A stretch of 23,915 nt of DNA from Candidatus Bipolaricaulota bacterium (GTDB taxonomy: Bacteria; Bipolaricaulota; Bipolaricaulia; UBA7950; UBA9294). The notes beneath the pieces are model-generated. The model was not told the origin of the DNA and ran no database searches. It worked only from the letters and a program-made list of their open reading frames with translations. The position numbers and the translations under genes were made by a program. Positions 22,901 to 23,915 of the stretch are shown here, piece by piece (the stretch's first letter is position 1; each line of letters begins with the position of its first letter). The DNA lies in assembly GCA_040752575.1 (NCBI GenBank), contig JBFMGK010000027.1:1-23915 (forward strand), read 5' to 3'.

Positions 22901-23915
22901 ACCAACGACGCTCCCACGGTCTTCCCGCTCGGCGACACGTTCGTCACCTGGACGGTGACCGATGGAGCTGGAAACGGCGCCACGTGTCAGCAGAAAGTCA
23001 CCGTCGTCGACGATGATGCGCCGACGGCCGTCTGCAAGGCGGCCGCTTTGCAGCTCGATGCATCGGGCTCAGCGACGTTGACGCCGGACATGGTCGACGG
23101 GGGAAGTTCGGATCCTTGCGGTAGCGTCACGCTGGCGATTGACAAAACAAGCTTCAGCTGCGCGAACCTGGGAGCGAACACCGTCGTTCTCACCGTGACG
23201 GACGGCGCGGGCAACTCGTCGACATGTAACGCGACGGTGACGGTCGTTGATGCCCTCGCGCCCGTCATCAGTGGGTGCCCGGGGAACATCACGGTGTCGG
23301 CGGGCTCAGGATCCTGCAGTGCGACGGCCTCGTGGACAGCACCGTCCGCAACCGACAACTGCGGCCTCGCGTCATTCGCGGGCAGCCACGTCTCGGGATC
23401 GACGTTCCCCGTGGGGACGACGACGGTGACGTACACGGCGACCGACACGTCAGGCAACACGGCGGTGTGCTCGTTCACCGTTACGGTGACCGAGACCGTG
23501 CCGCCGACGATTTCTGGCTGTCCAGCAAACATCGTTCAGAACAACGATCCGGGCCTCTGCAGCGCGGTCGTGACGTGGACGATGCCCACGGGGAGTGACA
23601 ACTGCGCGCTCGCTTCGGTGAGCTGCAGCCCGGCTCCCGGCTCGGTCTTCCCCGTCGGGACGACGCCGGTGACGTGCACTGCGACCGACACGTCGGGGAA
23701 CACCGCGACGTGTTCGTTCACGGTGACGGTCGTCGATGCCGAGGCGCCGGTGATCGCGGGCTGCCCAGCGAACATCACTCAGAACAACGATGTCGGGCTG
23801 TGCAGCGCGGTGGTCAACTGGGCGGCGCCGACGGCGGCGGACAACTGCCCGGGCGTCGTCCTGACGTCGAGCCATGCTCCGGGAGCGGTCTTCCCGAAGG
23901 GCACGACGACGGTGA
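19997..23915 (+). CDS. Giant secreted HYR/Ig-like repeat protein (surface adhesin-like), 3'-truncated by the window
   Basis: AAGGAGG (19984-19990) precedes GTG 19997; alternative in-frame ATG at 20015. Signal peptide MKRVWGVGVMLALLIAVGCLLYAA. My hand translation found no stop to the window end (>1300 codons). About 16 repeats of ~80 aa of the form P-V-I-x-G-C-P-x-N-I…W-T-A-P-T-A-T-D-N-C…F-P-x-G-T-T-T-V-T-Y-T-A-T-D-x-S-G-N-x-A-T-C-S-F-T-V-T-V. Confidence 0.92.
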   Translation, partial: MVGFTRMKRVWGVGVMLALLIAVGCLLYAADPVAVCKSHTVYLDASGNGSLVPADVDGGSYDPDESSPYNLSVDISSFDCSDLGNVSVTLTITEDPPGTASASCVATVTVADNIAPVISGCPSNITVNNDPGVCGAAVTWTSATATDNCGIASFGPDHASGSTFPVGTTTVTYTAMDTSGNSSTCSFTVTVNDTEAPVITGCPSNITQGTDTGQCRARVYWTAPTATDNCGVLSLVPSKTSGSWFSKGTTTTVTYTATDIYGNKATCSFTVTVYDDDPPVISGCPSDFTQSNDAGKCDAVVTWTAPTVTDNCTGVTMTPDIAPGSTFPVGTTAVTYTATDTSGNTATCSFNVTVVDSEAPAIAGCPANITQSNDVALCSASVTWAAPTATDNCPGVVLISTHAPGDVFPHGTTTVTYTATDGASNTATCTFTVTVNDAEAPTITGGPGNITQSTDPGVCNAVVTWTDPVAADNCGVATFAPDKAPGSTFAKGTTTVIYTATDTSGNTAAYSFTVKVQDTEAPVISGCPGDITVNTAPGTCSAVVSWTAPTRTDNCGVTYWQRTAGPAPGSSFPKGKTTITYTAKDAANNVTTCTFNVIVVDNELPVITGCPSNITQNTDPGKCNAVVTWTAPTASDNCGMASWTSSHNPGATFPKGTTTVSYTAVDTSGNTATCTFSVTIVDSELPVITGCPANITKNTDPGLCTAVATWTAPSVSDNCGGLAAWGPDYPSGYAFPVGVTTVTYTAIDTSGNTATCSFTVTVNEVQPPTAVCKNATVSLDALGQATVTAAQVDGGSTDNCGIATLSVAPSAFTCANLGPNTVVLTVTDYAGNSATCNATVTVADLIPPVISGLPGNITQANDAGVCGAVVSWAAPSATDNCSIASFTTTHSSGSFFSVGSATTVTYTAVDGSGNSTTGSFTVTVTDTELPTITCPANISVGTDTGVCSASGVSLGSPTTSDNCSVASTTNDAPTVFPLGDTFVTWTVTDGAGNGATCQQKVTVVDDDAPTAVCKAAALQLDASGSATLTPDMVDGGSSDPCGSVTLAIDKTSFSCANLGANTVVLTVTDGAGNSSTCNATVTVVDALAPVISGCPGNITVSAGSGSCSATASWTAPSATDNCGLASFAGSHVSGSTFPVGTTTVTYTATDTSGNTAVCSFTVTVTETVPPTISGCPANIVQNNDPGLCSAVVTWTMPTGSDNCALASVSCSPAPGSVFPVGTTPVTCTATDTSGNTATCSFTVTVVDAEAPVIAGCPANITQNNDVGLCSAVVNWAAPTAADNCPGVVLTSSHAPGAVFPKGTTTV
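20087..23915 (+). repeat. Intragenic tandem ~240-bp degenerate repeats encoding HYR-type domains
   Basis: Recurring GACAACTGC (DNC), GACACGTCGGGCAACAC (DTSGN) and TTCAC[CG]GTGACGGT blocks about every 240 bp. Confidence 0.9.

Noticed and set aside
20176..23875. Many short ORFs in the track across the HYR region, suggesting a fragmented gene or pseudogene
   Set aside because: They are antisense or off-frame shadows. The real frame (19997 onward) is open to the window end and was presumably omitted because it has no stop.
20087..23915. Regularly spaced DNA repeats as a CRISPR array
   Set aside because: The period is ~240 bp, the copies are degenerate at third codon positions, and they encode protein domains.

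Overview
GC-rich bacterial window, possibly from Ca. Bipolaricaulota or a similar anaerobic lineage (inferred from gene content, not verified). 1-11160 is mostly housekeeping: a cupin-HD-GYP phosphodiesterase, a small unannotated membrane protein, an ArcE-like (COG2403) P-loop enzyme, a PgsA-like enzyme, an RluA-family synthase, nusA, rny, spoVS, a SurA/PPIase-TPR protein, MazG, a DUF4911-like protein and a YqeG-like phosphatase. 11284-17635 is a tightly coupled metabolic operon: ornithine carbamoyltransferase, a CitD-CitE fusion whose carrier domain appears to lack the prosthetic-group serine, CitF, an HD protein, a LeuC/LeuD-family hydratase and a SnoaL-like protein. 17668-23915 is the most interesting part. 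An XRE regulator is translationally coupled to a single-pass membrane protein with a cytoplasmic trypsin-like protease domain and an extracytoplasmic DxDGDG (FG-GAP-like) region. This pair is transcribed divergently from a giant (>1300 aa, runs off the window, absent from the ORF track) secreted Cys-rich HYR-repeat protein. Back-to-back sigma70 promoters lie between them and carry four ACC-N5-(G/A)GTA boxes. I propose this is an undescribed protease-coupled transmembrane signalling switch controlling a surface adhesin. No rRNA, tRNA, CRISPR or transposase was seen.
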